From a virus, in IMG/VR virus record IMGVR_UViG_3300050015_000276, positions 64,001-128,000 of that record: a stretch of DNA of 64,000 nt; one strand, given 5' to 3'. Each line of letters starts with the position of its first letter. Position 1 is the stretch's first letter. The translations under genes and the position numbers were made by a program. Under the pieces are notes generated by a model. That model saw only the letters and a list, made by a program, of their open reading frames with translations. It searched no databases and was not told the DNA's origin. This document shows positions 9,070 through 18,625 of this stretch, one piece after another.

Positions 9070-9991
9070 AGAACTAAAATCTAAATACCAAGTTAAATTA
9101 AAATATGGAATTTCATTACATGTAATACAGAGATGGTTTAAAGAATTTGGAATAGAAACTACCTATTACAAGAAAATTGATAAAGTAAAAATGAAGGAAC
9201 TTTGTATTTCCGGAGAACCTGTTATTTATGCCGCAGACCAATTAGGTTGTCCAATTCATTATTATACAACAGAACGCAATAGATTAGGTTGGGTTTCAGA
9301 GCCAAAATTATTTGATTTTGAAACAACCAAAAAATTATGTGAAGAAATTGTAGGAATTTATTCGCAAGGAATAGACAAGGCTTTTCTTGCCGATCCAAAT
9401 TTAAGACACAGTGTAGAACATTACACTAAAGACCATTTTTTGGAATCGGATAAATTTACCGAAAGAGTATATCGAATAATACATAATTATAAACCAGATC
9501 AAAAAGATAAATGTAAAGTTACTGATGAACCTTTAAAATTCTATACAATCGTAAAAGGATATGGAGAATCTGAATTAAAAATTTCTAAACGAGGATCATT
9601 ATATTGTAAGTCTGCTGTTTCACAAAAAATGTTCAATGAAATTCACAAAAAACTTCCAAAAAAATTGCAAAAGAAGTGTAAGTTTTCTTCATTGAATAAA
9701 GAAGGACAAGTAAAAATAAATAAAAAAGATCAAAAACTTCCAGGAATGAATAAATTTCATTATCAATTAGATTTTTGTCTTGATAAACATAATATTGAAT
9801 TTGATGGAACTTATTGGCACTCCAACCGAAAAAACCAAGATAGTACAAGAGATAAATACTTACAAGGAAAAGGATATAAAATTCTTAGGATTACAGAATC
9901 CGAATATAATAAATACCCAAAAATTACCGTACAAAAATGTCTACAATTCTTGAAGGACTCCAACAAAATAACGGCCGCTACAAAATCTTAA
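9002..9991 (+). CDS. Free-standing homing endonuclease, VSR/DUF559-type, between the gp17 halves
   Basis: N-terminal HTH-like segments; C-terminal YQLDF...IEFDGTYWH...RDKYLQGKGYKILRITE. Confidence 0.85.
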   Translation: MILQYLIPKTFGLTKEILENDYKELKSKYQVKLKYGISLHVIQRWFKEFGIETTYYKKIDKVKMKELCISGEPVIYAADQLGCPIHYYTTERNRLGWVSEPKLFDFETTKKLCEEIVGIYSQGIDKAFLADPNLRHSVEHYTKDHFLESDKFTERVYRIIHNYKPDQKDKCKVTDEPLKFYTIVKGYGESELKISKRGSLYCKSAVSQKMFNEIHKKLPKKLQKKCKFSSLNKEGQVKINKKDQKLPGMNKFHYQLDFCLDKHNIEFDGTYWHSNRKNQDSTRDKYLQGKGYKILRITESEYNKYPKITVQKCLQFLKDSNKITAATKS

Positions 9992-10293
9992 CACCAAATG
10001 GATATGAAGATTTTTCTGGTATAAGAAAATTAAAAAAAGATAAAGTTATTCATATCACTTTCATGGATGGTAGTTCAATTTCTTCCGCAGAAAATCATAT
10101 TTTTGTACTTTGGAATACAAAACTCATTTTTGCTGGAACATTAAAAGTTGGAGATGCTTTATACGCCAAAGATAGTATTCAATATATTTCCTCTATTGTT
10201 ATCGAAGAAAAAGAAACTGATTTTTATTGTGTTGTGAATTCTGGAAAAGATCAAGTTTATTTTAATGGAGAAAACAAAGTACTTTCCCACAAT
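9937..10293 (+). other. Split intein C-fragment of gp17 (block F Cys at 10228-10230; terminal His-Asn; +1 Cys)
   Basis: Translation of ORF 9937; SHN ends at 10293, TGT (+1 Cys) at 10294. Confidence 0.88.
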
Positions 10294-11226
10294 TGTGAGT
10301 TCCTTGGTTCTGGAGCTACATTAATTAATGGAAGATTTTTAAAAGCGATGGTTATTCTACCTCCAAAATATTCACAAAATGGTTTGGATGTATATAAAGA
10401 TCCCGGAAGAACTTTAAATGAACCTCGAATTTATGTTATTGCAGTTGATACCGCAAGAGGTAGACAACTGGATTATTCAGCATTTACTATCATCGACGTG
10501 ACGGAATCTCCTTATGAAGTAGTGGCTAAATATAGAAGTAATACCATTCCACCTGTTTTATTTGCTGATGTAATTGTTCCAATTGCTCAAAAATATAATA
10601 ATGCTTATATTATGATGGAAAATGATGGACCGGGATATCAAGTAGCAGATGATTTACATCACATACATGAATATCCTAATATTTTAATGGTTGCAACAAA
10701 AGGTCGGTCAGGACAAATATTAGCAACTGGATTTGGAAATACAGGTAAGAATGTTCAACGTGGTGTTAAAATGAGTACTCCGGTCCGTCGGACTGGTTGT
10801 ACCAATTTAAAAACACTTATCGAAACAAAACGATTAATTATCTATGATAATGACATAAAAGGTGAATTAGCCTCATTCGAATTGAAAGGTGATAAGTATC
10901 AGGCAGCCGAAAATCATCATGACGATTTGGTAATGACTCTGGTAACTTTTAGTTGGCTGACAACCCAAAAGCATTTTAGAGATATGGTTGAGGCCGCATT
11001 ACGTGAAGATTTACAAGAAGAATATACCCCGCAATTTGACCACGATTTAACCCCTTATGGATGGATTGAAACACACCATGATGTTGAAGAAGTTATACTT
11101 ACCGACAGAGATATTTGGAAAAGTGCTCAAAACGATGTTTGGGAACATTATGCCGAACAAGAACGGATAAAAGCTACCATTGATATGGTGAAATTAAAGC
11201 GATTGCAAGAAGTTGGTTGGGGTTAA
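9937..11226 (+). CDS. gp17: Intein C-fragment (119 aa) fused to terminase gp17 C-terminal nuclease half
   Basis: YKILTPNGY..F.GI, SSAENH, FYCVVN, LSHN|CEFLGSG, then IAVDTARGRQLDYSAF, MENDGPG, HDDLVM. Confidence 0.93.
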   Translation: MSTILEGLQQNNGRYKILTPNGYEDFSGIRKLKKDKVIHITFMDGSSISSAENHIFVLWNTKLIFAGTLKVGDALYAKDSIQYISSIVIEEKETDFYCVVNSGKDQVYFNGENKVLSHNCEFLGSGATLINGRFLKAMVILPPKYSQNGLDVYKDPGRTLNEPRIYVIAVDTARGRQLDYSAFTIIDVTESPYEVVAKYRSNTIPPVLFADVIVPIAQKYNNAYIMMENDGPGYQVADDLHHIHEYPNILMVATKGRSGQILATGFGNTGKNVQRGVKMSTPVRRTGCTNLKTLIETKRLIIYDNDIKGELASFELKGDKYQAAENHHDDLVMTLVTFSWLTTQKHFRDMVEAALREDLQEEYTPQFDHDLTPYGWIETHHDVEEVILTDRDIWKSAQNDVWEHYAEQERIKATIDMVKLKRLQEVGWG

Positions 11227-11250
11227 ATGAAATTTCAAAAATTGTGGAAA

Positions 11251-11258
11251 TATAAATA
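11251..11258 (+). promoter_or_regulatory. T4-type late promoter TATAAATA (gp18 operon)
   Basis: Exact T4 late consensus; further exact copies at 14521, 17638, 19970, 24688, 63511. Confidence 0.85.
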
Positions 11259-11320
11259 TCTTCGAAGCAAAGATTAAGAAATAATCAAAGTTAGAGATTA
11301 TAAAATAAGGAGATACATAA

Positions 11321-13906
11321 ATGGCATTTCAATTATTGAGTCCGGGTGTTCAAACCACCGAAATTGATCTATCAACCGTTGTGACCAGTCTTGCCACAAC
11401 TGGTGGTGTTATTGCCGGTCCTCTACCATGGGGCCCAGGTGGTGTAAAAACATTAGTTGATAGTGAAATTACCTTGGTTAATACTTTCGGAAAACCTGAT
11501 AATGATTCCGCCAATGTTTTTTTCTCAGCAGCTTCGTTTTTGCAATATGGAAATAACTTAAATGTTGTCCGTGTATTGCCAAAGAATGCTCGAAATGCTG
11601 CGGAAATTAACGATGGCGTAACATTCATCACAATTACAGTTCCTGGTGTGGGATACGTACACACACCAACATTAACATTTTCTAGTGGTTCAGCAACCGC
11701 AACCGCCTCGGTAGCAAATGGTGAAATCGTTGCGGTAACGGTCACTGCTCCTGGTTCGGGATATTCAGTAGAACATCCTCCAACTATTACAGTCACACCT
11801 AATGGTGGAGATACAATTACACAAGCGGCGAGTTTGACGCCAAGAGTTGGCGTACAAATCGCAAATGATACAGATTATACCTTCAATTATGCTGGTGGTA
11901 CTGAAGGTGTTGGACAATTTGCTGCCAAATATGCTGGTGAATTAGGAAATGGATTACAAGTTTTTATTTGTGACAATCCTAGTCAGTATGCTTCGTGGAC
12001 TTATAAAAATCAATTTACTAGTGCTCCGGGAACATCAGATTATGTTGCTAATTTGGGTGGTAGTAATGATGAACTTCATATCGTAGTAGTTGATACGGTT
12101 GGTATCATTACCGGTACTGCTGGTGATGTTGTTGAAAAATTCGGTTTTGTGTCTAAAGCATCAGATGCCAAGAATGCACAAGGACAAAGTATTTATTATC
12201 CGCAGGTGCTAACAACCCAATCTCAATGGATTCGATGGATGAATTTTCCTTCAACTGTTTATAATTGGGGAACACCTTCAAGAAATACAGTATATGATGG
12301 TTACTTCGTGAATGGTGCGGCCGCGTATTTAACTGTTGGCGCGACAAATTCAGGTATTCGTTATGCCTCTAAAGTTCCTGGAACTGGTGGAAATGCGATT
12401 ACAGTTCAATATACAAATCCTGGAGTAAACAGTGCATTATCAGTTGCCGTTAATGGTACAGCAATCAATGTGACTTTAGCATATGCAACTGGTGCAGTTA
12501 CTTCAACTGCAAAAAACGTGCGTGATGCTATTTTAGCCTATCCTGCTGCCGCAGCTTTAGTTTCTGCTGAGTATGTGGTTGGTGGAAATGGTGCAGATCT
12601 TGTTGTTGCTTCTGGACCAACCAATTTGACCGGCGGTGTCAATGGTCCTGGAAATAAAGCAGTTCTTGACGTTTTTAGTGGAAATAAAGGAATAACATAC
12701 ACCGCAGTTAATTATGGTGCGAATGGTAACCTTGTCACTATAACCTATACTGATCCGGGTGGGGTCTCTGCAACACTAGGAGTGACCGTAACTGGAACAG
12801 CAATTAATGTAAATTTGGGCCGCGCTACGAGTGCAATTAATACAACGGCTGCTAATTTACAGACTCTATTAGCTGCCACTCCTGCTGTAACAGCTTTAGT
12901 AACAGCAACTCTTAATGGTGATGGTTCGTCATTATTGACAGCATCTAGTACAACTCCATTAGCAAATGGTGCCGATCCTGCCGTATATTCTGTATTGTTA
13001 GAGGGTGGACAATCTGTAGGATCTGAAGTAACTGATGGTGAAATTATCCTTGGTTATGACAAGTTCTTAGATGAAGAATTCCAATTTGCATTATTGATTA
13101 CGGCAGACCATAGTCCTACTGTTGTTCAGTATTGTATTTCTAATATCTCCGAATTTCGTAGAGATAACGTAACTTTCATTTCGCCACAGTATTCGTCTGT
13201 TGTGAACAATATTGGTAATGAATCAACAGATGTTATCACTGATCGTAATGTTTATGGCAGTTCAAGTTATGCCTTTATGGATGGCAATTGGCTTCAAATT
13301 TACGATAAATATAATGATTTGTACCGTTGGGTTCCAGCAAATGGTAGTGTAGCTGGACTCTGCGTGCGAACTGATTATACACGCGATCCATGGTTCTCAC
13401 CTGCTGGTTTGAATAGAGGAAACATCAAGAATGTGACCGGTTTGGCGTGGAATCCTCGCCAAGCATACCGCGATGTACTATATCAAGCGGGCGTAAACCC
13501 AATTGTTTCCTTCCCTGGTCAAGGTGCTGTATTATTTGGCGATAAGACCATGCAAGTGAAACCATCAGCATTTGACCGTATTAACGTTCGTAGGTTATTC
13601 ATTGTAATTGAACAAGCAATTGCCAAAGCAGCAAAATATGTTTTGTTCGAATTCAACGATGATGTTACCAGAACGCAGTTCCGTGGTTTGATCGATCCAT
13701 TCTTACGAGATATTCAAGGCCGTCGTGGTCTTTATGCTTATAAGATCGTTTGTGATTCTTCAAATAATACACCACAAATGATTGATACAAATCGATTCCA
13801 AGGTGATATTTATTTGCAGCCAGCGAGATCGATTAACTTTATTCAATTGAATTTCATCGCCACGCGTACAGGTGTTGATTTCAATACTATTGTCGGACAA
13901 TTCTAA
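11321..13906 (+). CDS. gp18: Tail sheath protein gp18 (861 aa, with duplicated inserted domains)
   Basis: LSPGVQTTEID, FGKPDNDSA, FLQYGNNL, DPWFSPAGLNRG, AFDRINVRRLF, VLFEFND, RSINFIQLNF. Confidence 0.97.
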   Translation: MAFQLLSPGVQTTEIDLSTVVTSLATTGGVIAGPLPWGPGGVKTLVDSEITLVNTFGKPDNDSANVFFSAASFLQYGNNLNVVRVLPKNARNAAEINDGVTFITITVPGVGYVHTPTLTFSSGSATATASVANGEIVAVTVTAPGSGYSVEHPPTITVTPNGGDTITQAASLTPRVGVQIANDTDYTFNYAGGTEGVGQFAAKYAGELGNGLQVFICDNPSQYASWTYKNQFTSAPGTSDYVANLGGSNDELHIVVVDTVGIITGTAGDVVEKFGFVSKASDAKNAQGQSIYYPQVLTTQSQWIRWMNFPSTVYNWGTPSRNTVYDGYFVNGAAAYLTVGATNSGIRYASKVPGTGGNAITVQYTNPGVNSALSVAVNGTAINVTLAYATGAVTSTAKNVRDAILAYPAAAALVSAEYVVGGNGADLVVASGPTNLTGGVNGPGNKAVLDVFSGNKGITYTAVNYGANGNLVTITYTDPGGVSATLGVTVTGTAINVNLGRATSAINTTAANLQTLLAATPAVTALVTATLNGDGSSLLTASSTTPLANGADPAVYSVLLEGGQSVGSEVTDGEIILGYDKFLDEEFQFALLITADHSPTVVQYCISNISEFRRDNVTFISPQYSSVVNNIGNESTDVITDRNVYGSSSYAFMDGNWLQIYDKYNDLYRWVPANGSVAGLCVRTDYTRDPWFSPAGLNRGNIKNVTGLAWNPRQAYRDVLYQAGVNPIVSFPGQGAVLFGDKTMQVKPSAFDRINVRRLFIVIEQAIAKAAKYVLFEFNDDVTRTQFRGLIDPFLRDIQGRRGLYAYKIVCDSSNNTPQMIDTNRFQGDIYLQPARSINFIQLNFIATRTGVDFNTIVGQF

Positions 13907-13924
13907 AAGTAAGGAGAATATTTA

Positions 13925-14509
13925 ATGCCAAGAAGTATTACGGGGTTTCGCTCGCAATTAGTTGGAAGCGGCGCAAGACCTAATTTATTCCAAATTTCCA
14001 TGACCTTTCCCTTGCTTGTTCCGATTGCTTCGGCAGCCGGGTTAGTCACATTCATGGCAGAATCTACATCGATTCCAGCAGATAAATTAGGTGAAATCGA
14101 AGTTCCCTACATGGGACGTAAGATTTATTACCCAGGTGATCGTGAATTTGATCCTTGGACAATTACAGTAATGAATGATGAAAACTTTGCTATCCGCGAT
14201 GCATTCGAATTATGGATGTCATCCCTGAATCAACACGAAGGTAATATCCGAGATTCAGCCGCGGCCGTTCCTGCGGGATATACAACCAATGCGATTGTGC
14301 AACAGTTCTCTAAGTTAGATTTACCACCATTAAAGCAATATGAGATGGTGTCTTTCTTCCCAACAGAATTGGGTGCAATTGAATTGGATTGGGGAACAAA
14401 CAACACCATTGAGAAATTTCAAGTAACTCTGCGTTATCAGTGGTGGAATGCTATTGGGCAATTTGGTCCTACAACTGATGGTGGGGCCGGAATATCATTG
14501 AATCCATAA
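13925..14509 (+). CDS. gp19: Tail tube protein gp19
   Basis: GARPNLF, IEVPYMGRKI..PGDREFDPWTIT, FPTELGAIELDW..NNTIEKFQVT. Confidence 0.96.
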   Translation: MPRSITGFRSQLVGSGARPNLFQISMTFPLLVPIASAAGLVTFMAESTSIPADKLGEIEVPYMGRKIYYPGDREFDPWTITVMNDENFAIRDAFELWMSSLNQHEGNIRDSAAAVPAGYTTNAIVQQFSKLDLPPLKQYEMVSFFPTELGAIELDWGTNNTIEKFQVTLRYQWWNAIGQFGPTTDGGAGISLNP

Positions 14510-14532
14510 TCCAAAACTCATATAAATATTAT

Positions 14533-14566
14533 CGCGCAATGAGGAGCTTCGGCTCCTCTATTCGCG
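14533..14566 (+). promoter_or_regulatory. C(UUCG)G hairpin in the leader of the GIY-YIG gene
   Basis: gaggagc-ttcg-gctcctc at 14541-14558 with an outer cgcg/cgcg stem; lies between late promoter 14521 and the SD. Confidence 0.7.
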
Positions 14567-14578
14567 GTTAGGAATATA

Positions 14579-15286
14579 ATGGAATATTATACGTATATTT
14601 GGTATCGAACAGATAAAGAAAAACCTGAACCATTTTATGTTGGAAAAGGTAAAGGAAAGAGATTCGAGAAATACCACAATAAACATTTTGACAATATTGT
14701 GAAGAAACATGAAAAATTAGGAATTAAACCTCTTGTAGGTTTTTATTATAAAGGTCCGTCGGAAGAAATGGCATATAAAAACGAAATGGCATTAATTGCA
14801 AAATTCGGAAGAAAATGTTTGGGTACTGGGCCTTTAATTAATTTAACTGAAGGAGGAGAAGGTGGTTGTCCTTCAGGTGATCAACATTGGAATTATGGTA
14901 AAAAAGCTTCTAAGGAAATGCGAAAAAAATTAAGTTTGGCGCATCTAGGTATTAAACCTTCTGAAGATTCAAAGAAAAAGAATAGTGAATCTAATAAAGG
15001 CAAACATAATTTTAAACACACTAAAGAATCTATAGAAAAAATGAGCCGAAACCGAAAGGGTATTGAAGCTTGGAATAAAGGTAAAACCTCTGAAGTTATT
15101 TCTAATGTTAAATCTCAAAATTGGGTAGTTATTTTTCCTGATAGTCACGAAGAACAAATTAAAAATCTAACAAAATTTTGTAAAGAATATAAATTAAATC
15201 AAGGAAAAATGAGTTCAGTTGCTTCAGGAAAAAGAAAGCAACATAAAGGATTTAAATGCAAAAAACTTGAGGTGATCGATGCCTAA
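14579..15286 (+). CDS. GIY-YIG homing endonuclease with NUMOD3 repeats and C-terminal HTH-like domain
   Basis: YYTY...FYVGKGKGKR, E..LIAKFGRK..G.GPLINLTEGGEG; NSESNKGKHN. Confidence 0.9.
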   Translation: MEYYTYIWYRTDKEKPEPFYVGKGKGKRFEKYHNKHFDNIVKKHEKLGIKPLVGFYYKGPSEEMAYKNEMALIAKFGRKCLGTGPLINLTEGGEGGCPSGDQHWNYGKKASKEMRKKLSLAHLGIKPSEDSKKKNSESNKGKHNFKHTKESIEKMSRNRKGIEAWNKGKTSEVISNVKSQNWVVIFPDSHEEQIKNLTKFCKEYKLNQGKMSSVASGKRKQHKGFKCKKLEVIDA

Positions 15287-16862
15287 TAAATTTTTAACTG
15301 AGGCCTTTAAATTACTCGGGTTCCAAATAGGCGATAAGGATCCTGTCCAAAAGTTTAAATCATTTGCCATACCTGCTAATCTCGATGGTGCAAGTCAGAT
15401 TGCATCCGGCGGAATTTATGGAACTTATGTGGATTTAGAGGGCACGGCAAAGAATGAAGCTGAACTTATTACCAGATACCGTGATATGGCAATGCAGCCT
15501 GAATGCGAACAGGCTATTGAAGATATCATAACTGATGCCATCGTACAAGAAGATAATCGTCCAGCAGTCCAAGTAAACCTCGAACAACTTGATGAACCTG
15601 AATCCATTAAAACCGACATTCGGGAATCTTTTGATGAAATTCAAAAACTTTTAAATTTTTCTGAAGATGCAATGGAAATATTTCGGCGCTGGTATGTTGA
15701 TGGACGATTATTCTACCATATTATGGTAGATGAAGAATCTCCGAGCGACGGTATTAAAGAACTTCGTTATTTAGATCCTCGTAGAGTCCGTAAAATTCGA
15801 GAAATTAAAAAGAAACTTGGAGAAGGTGGTGTTGAAGTTATTGATGCCATTCTCGAATATTATCTCTACAATGAACGTGGAATTGTAAACGTAGAATCCA
15901 CAACAGCCGTTGGTGTTAAAATTGCACCAGATTCTATTTGCTATGTACATTCTGGACAAATTGATAGTACAAGAAATATGGTTGTTAGCTACTTACACAA
16001 AGCTATTAAACCCCTAAATCAATTACGTGCGATGGAAGATGCTCATGTAATTTATCGTCTTAGCCGTGCCGCAGAACGCCGCGTATTTTATATCGATGTT
16101 GGTAATATGCCAACCAATCGCGCGGAACAATATATTAAAATGATTATGAATGATTTTAGAAATAAACTCGTTTATGATTCAAATACTGGTGAAGTTCGAG
16201 ACGATAAGAAATTCCTTTCAATGCAAGAGGACTTTTTCCTACCAAGACGTGAAGGTGGCAAAGGAACTGAAGTAACAACATTACCAGCCGGAACAAATCT
16301 CGGCCAAATTGAAGATATTATGTACTTCCAAGAACGGTTGTACAAAGCGTTGCATGTTCCGACATCAAGATTAAAATCTGATGGTGGTCTTGGTATGGGT
16401 CGAGAAGCTGAAATTTCACGCGACGAAGTTAAATTCTCCAGATTTATTACAAAACTTCGTAAGAGATTTGACCACGTATTCAAAGAATTATTGAAGATTC
16501 AGTTGATATTGAAACAAGTAATCGTCCTTGATGATTGGGATAGATTCCGTGAAAATATAACATTTGATTATGCCAAAGATTCAGTATTTACGGAAGCCAA
16601 ACAACAACAAATTTGGATGACTCGTTTGCAATTATTGCAGATGTTTGATCCAAATACTGAACCTGTGGGAACTTATGTTTCTAGAGAATGGGTAAAGAAA
16701 AATGTGCTTTCTCAAACTGACGAAGAAATTGAATTGATGGAAAAGCAAATGAAAGTAGAAGCCCCCGCAATCGAGGATGAAAAAGAAAAAGCCGCGGCTC
16801 TAGAAACCGGCACATTCTTTGAACCACCTGAACCAAAAAAGAAATCAGGAGATAAAAAATAA
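15279..16862 (+). CDS. gp20: Portal protein gp20
   Basis: LITRYRDMA, IFRRWYVDGR, SYLHKAIKPLNQLRAMEDA, RRVFYIDVGNMP, LPRREGGKGTEVTTLPAG, SRDEVKF. Confidence 0.97.
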   Translation: MPNKFLTEAFKLLGFQIGDKDPVQKFKSFAIPANLDGASQIASGGIYGTYVDLEGTAKNEAELITRYRDMAMQPECEQAIEDIITDAIVQEDNRPAVQVNLEQLDEPESIKTDIRESFDEIQKLLNFSEDAMEIFRRWYVDGRLFYHIMVDEESPSDGIKELRYLDPRRVRKIREIKKKLGEGGVEVIDAILEYYLYNERGIVNVESTTAVGVKIAPDSICYVHSGQIDSTRNMVVSYLHKAIKPLNQLRAMEDAHVIYRLSRAAERRVFYIDVGNMPTNRAEQYIKMIMNDFRNKLVYDSNTGEVRDDKKFLSMQEDFFLPRREGGKGTEVTTLPAGTNLGQIEDIMYFQERLYKALHVPTSRLKSDGGLGMGREAEISRDEVKFSRFITKLRKRFDHVFKELLKIQLILKQVIVLDDWDRFRENITFDYAKDSVFTEAKQQQIWMTRLQLLQMFDPNTEPVGTYVSREWVKKNVLSQTDEEIELMEKQMKVEAPAIEDEKEKAAALETGTFFEPPEPKKKSGDKK

Positions 16863-17032
16863 TGCCTATTAAAGTTTATGGAGCTACCGCAGCGCACGTT
16901 TTAAAAAATCAGCCTGTGAGGCCCACACCAATACCTAAAGTACCAGCATTAAAGGCTGGAATTGTAGAATTGAAACAAGAAATTGAAATCCCAGTTTTGG
17001 AGTCTGAAAATGTCAAACCAAAGAGTAAATAA
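16862..17032 (+). CDS. Small Pro/Lys-rich hypothetical protein (56 aa, MPIKVYGATAAHVLKNQPV...)
   Basis: Read by hand; ATG overlaps the gp20 stop (TAATG). Confidence 0.5.
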   Translation: MPIKVYGATAAHVLKNQPVRPTPIPKVPALKAGIVELKQEIEIPVLESENVKPKSK

Positions 17033-17642
17033 AATTGTTCTATCTTGTGAAAGTAGAGATCCAGAACAATTAGTAAAATCTGTAAATTTAGCATTAACTG
17101 AAAAAGTTATTGGCGCTTTACAGAATAAAAAAGCTACTATTGGTAAAAGTTTATTGGAGCATACAGGCTGCAAATCGGAAACTGATAATTACGAATCTTA
17201 TGAGCCTAAGGTCCAAGAAGCTATAGACTATGTTGTAGAAAGTATTCTAGAAAGTGAATTGGAATTAGAAAATACTATCTGTATAGCCTCAAAGCAATAT
17301 GCCGTTAAAGAAGAATCATTACGAGAATATTTTGATAGTTTATTAGAATCTGGAAGAACAGAGACACAAGTAGTTAGTACATCTTCCGACGACCACGATG
17401 AAAAAGGTGGAGTGAGAGATGACGAAGACACAAACAAACGTGTCCGATATGAATCGGCTACTCTCACATTTAAAGATGGCAAAACAATGGTAATTAAAGA
17501 AGGATTTTGGGAAAATAATATTGATCCAGTAATGCAACAATTATCAAAAGAAAATAAAAATTCTCTTATGGCATTATTGACTAGTAATAAAGCTGGTTTT
17601 ATGAAAGCTGTAGAATACTGTCATAAAGTTGCTTTAGTATAA
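17010..17642 (+). CDS. Putative prohead core protein (gp68-like position)
   Basis: Glu-rich, between gp20 and gp21; start reassigned to MSNQRV. Confidence 0.55.
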   Translation: MSNQRVNKIVLSCESRDPEQLVKSVNLALTEKVIGALQNKKATIGKSLLEHTGCKSETDNYESYEPKVQEAIDYVVESILESELELENTICIASKQYAVKEESLREYFDSLLESGRTETQVVSTSSDDHDEKGGVRDDEDTNKRVRYESATLTFKDGKTMVIKEGFWENNIDPVMQQLSKENKNSLMALLTSNKAGFMKAVEYCHKVALV

Positions 17643-17659
17643 ATATAAATGGAGACACC

Positions 17660-17896
17660 ATGCCACTAAGAAATATTGTCAATGCTATCGAACATAAGCA
17701 ATCTTTACAGGCCACAGAACTTTTAGAAAAAACTCTTTATATTAAAGCTGGTGTTTTTCTTGAAGAAAAGAAAAAACAAGTGGCCGCCAAAACTTGGCCT
17801 GCTCATAATATTAATGAATCTTCCGATAAATTAAAAACAAAAGCCGAACGCCGTAAAGAATTTGCAGAAAAATTAAAAAAGAAAACAAAGAAGTAA
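17660..17896 (+). CDS. Small prohead core protein (gp67-like)
   Basis: IVNAIE...A...LEK.L..KA...LEEKK.QVA pattern, size and position. Confidence 0.6.
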   Translation: MPLRNIVNAIEHKQSLQATELLEKTLYIKAGVFLEEKKKQVAAKTWPAHNINESSDKLKTKAERRKEFAEKLKKKTKK

Positions 17897-17900
17897 ATCT

Positions 17901-18587
17901 ATGACAACATTCAATGGCGAAAAAGCAGAAATACTAATCGAATCTTGTGAAAATTTCAATTTTTTAACTGAAGAGTTAAATGGTAAGAAATATCATATGG
18001 TTGAAGGTGTGTTTTTGCAACAGGAAATTCCTAACAAAAACCGTCGTAAGTATACGAAGGATGTTATGGAACCAGAAGTAAATCGCTATATCAATGAAAT
18101 GGTTGGAAGAAACCGGGCCGTAGGTGAATTAGGGCATCCTGAAGGACCAACTATTAATCCCGAGCGTGTATCCCATAAAATTATTTCATTAATTCAAGAT
18201 GGTAATAATTATATTGGTAGAGCGAGAGTTTCAAATTCACCATTTGGTAAAATTGTTCAGAATTTTTTGGATGAAGAAATTCAATTCGGTGTTTCTTCTC
18301 GTGGCATCGGCACTTTAAGGCGAGTTAGTGGTATTGACATGGTTCAAAAAGATTTTAGACTTGCCACTGCTGCTGATATAGTTTTAGATCCATCTGCTCC
18401 AGATGCGTTTGTAAGAGGTGTGACAGAAAATAAAGAATATATTTTTGCTGATGGATTAATTCAAGAAGAGAATTTGGAAATGTGGAAAAAAGCAATTAAA
18501 TCTGCTTCTAGTAATAATTTACACGAAACGATATTAAACTCTTACCACGAATTTCTGAATCAACTAGATTTGCAGTTTAAATTCTAA
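17901..18587 (+). CDS. gp21: Prohead protease gp21
   Basis: EGVFLQ..IPNKNRRKY, GELGHPEGP, GVSSRGIG, DIVLDPSAPDAFV. Confidence 0.96.
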   Translation: MTTFNGEKAEILIESCENFNFLTEELNGKKYHMVEGVFLQQEIPNKNRRKYTKDVMEPEVNRYINEMVGRNRAVGELGHPEGPTINPERVSHKIISLIQDGNNYIGRARVSNSPFGKIVQNFLDEEIQFGVSSRGIGTLRRVSGIDMVQKDFRLATAADIVLDPSAPDAFVRGVTENKEYIFADGLIQEENLEMWKKAIKSASSNNLHETILNSYHEFLNQLDLQFKF

Positions 18588-18625
18588 TATTTACTAAATA
18601 TGGATAAGAGATAATAAGGAGAAAT

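Noticed and set aside
8823-9936. Group I intron interrupting gp17
   Set aside because: Both flanks read as intein blocks (A; then B/F/G with SHN|C) and no P/Q/R/S intron core was recognisable; protein trans-splicing explains the junction
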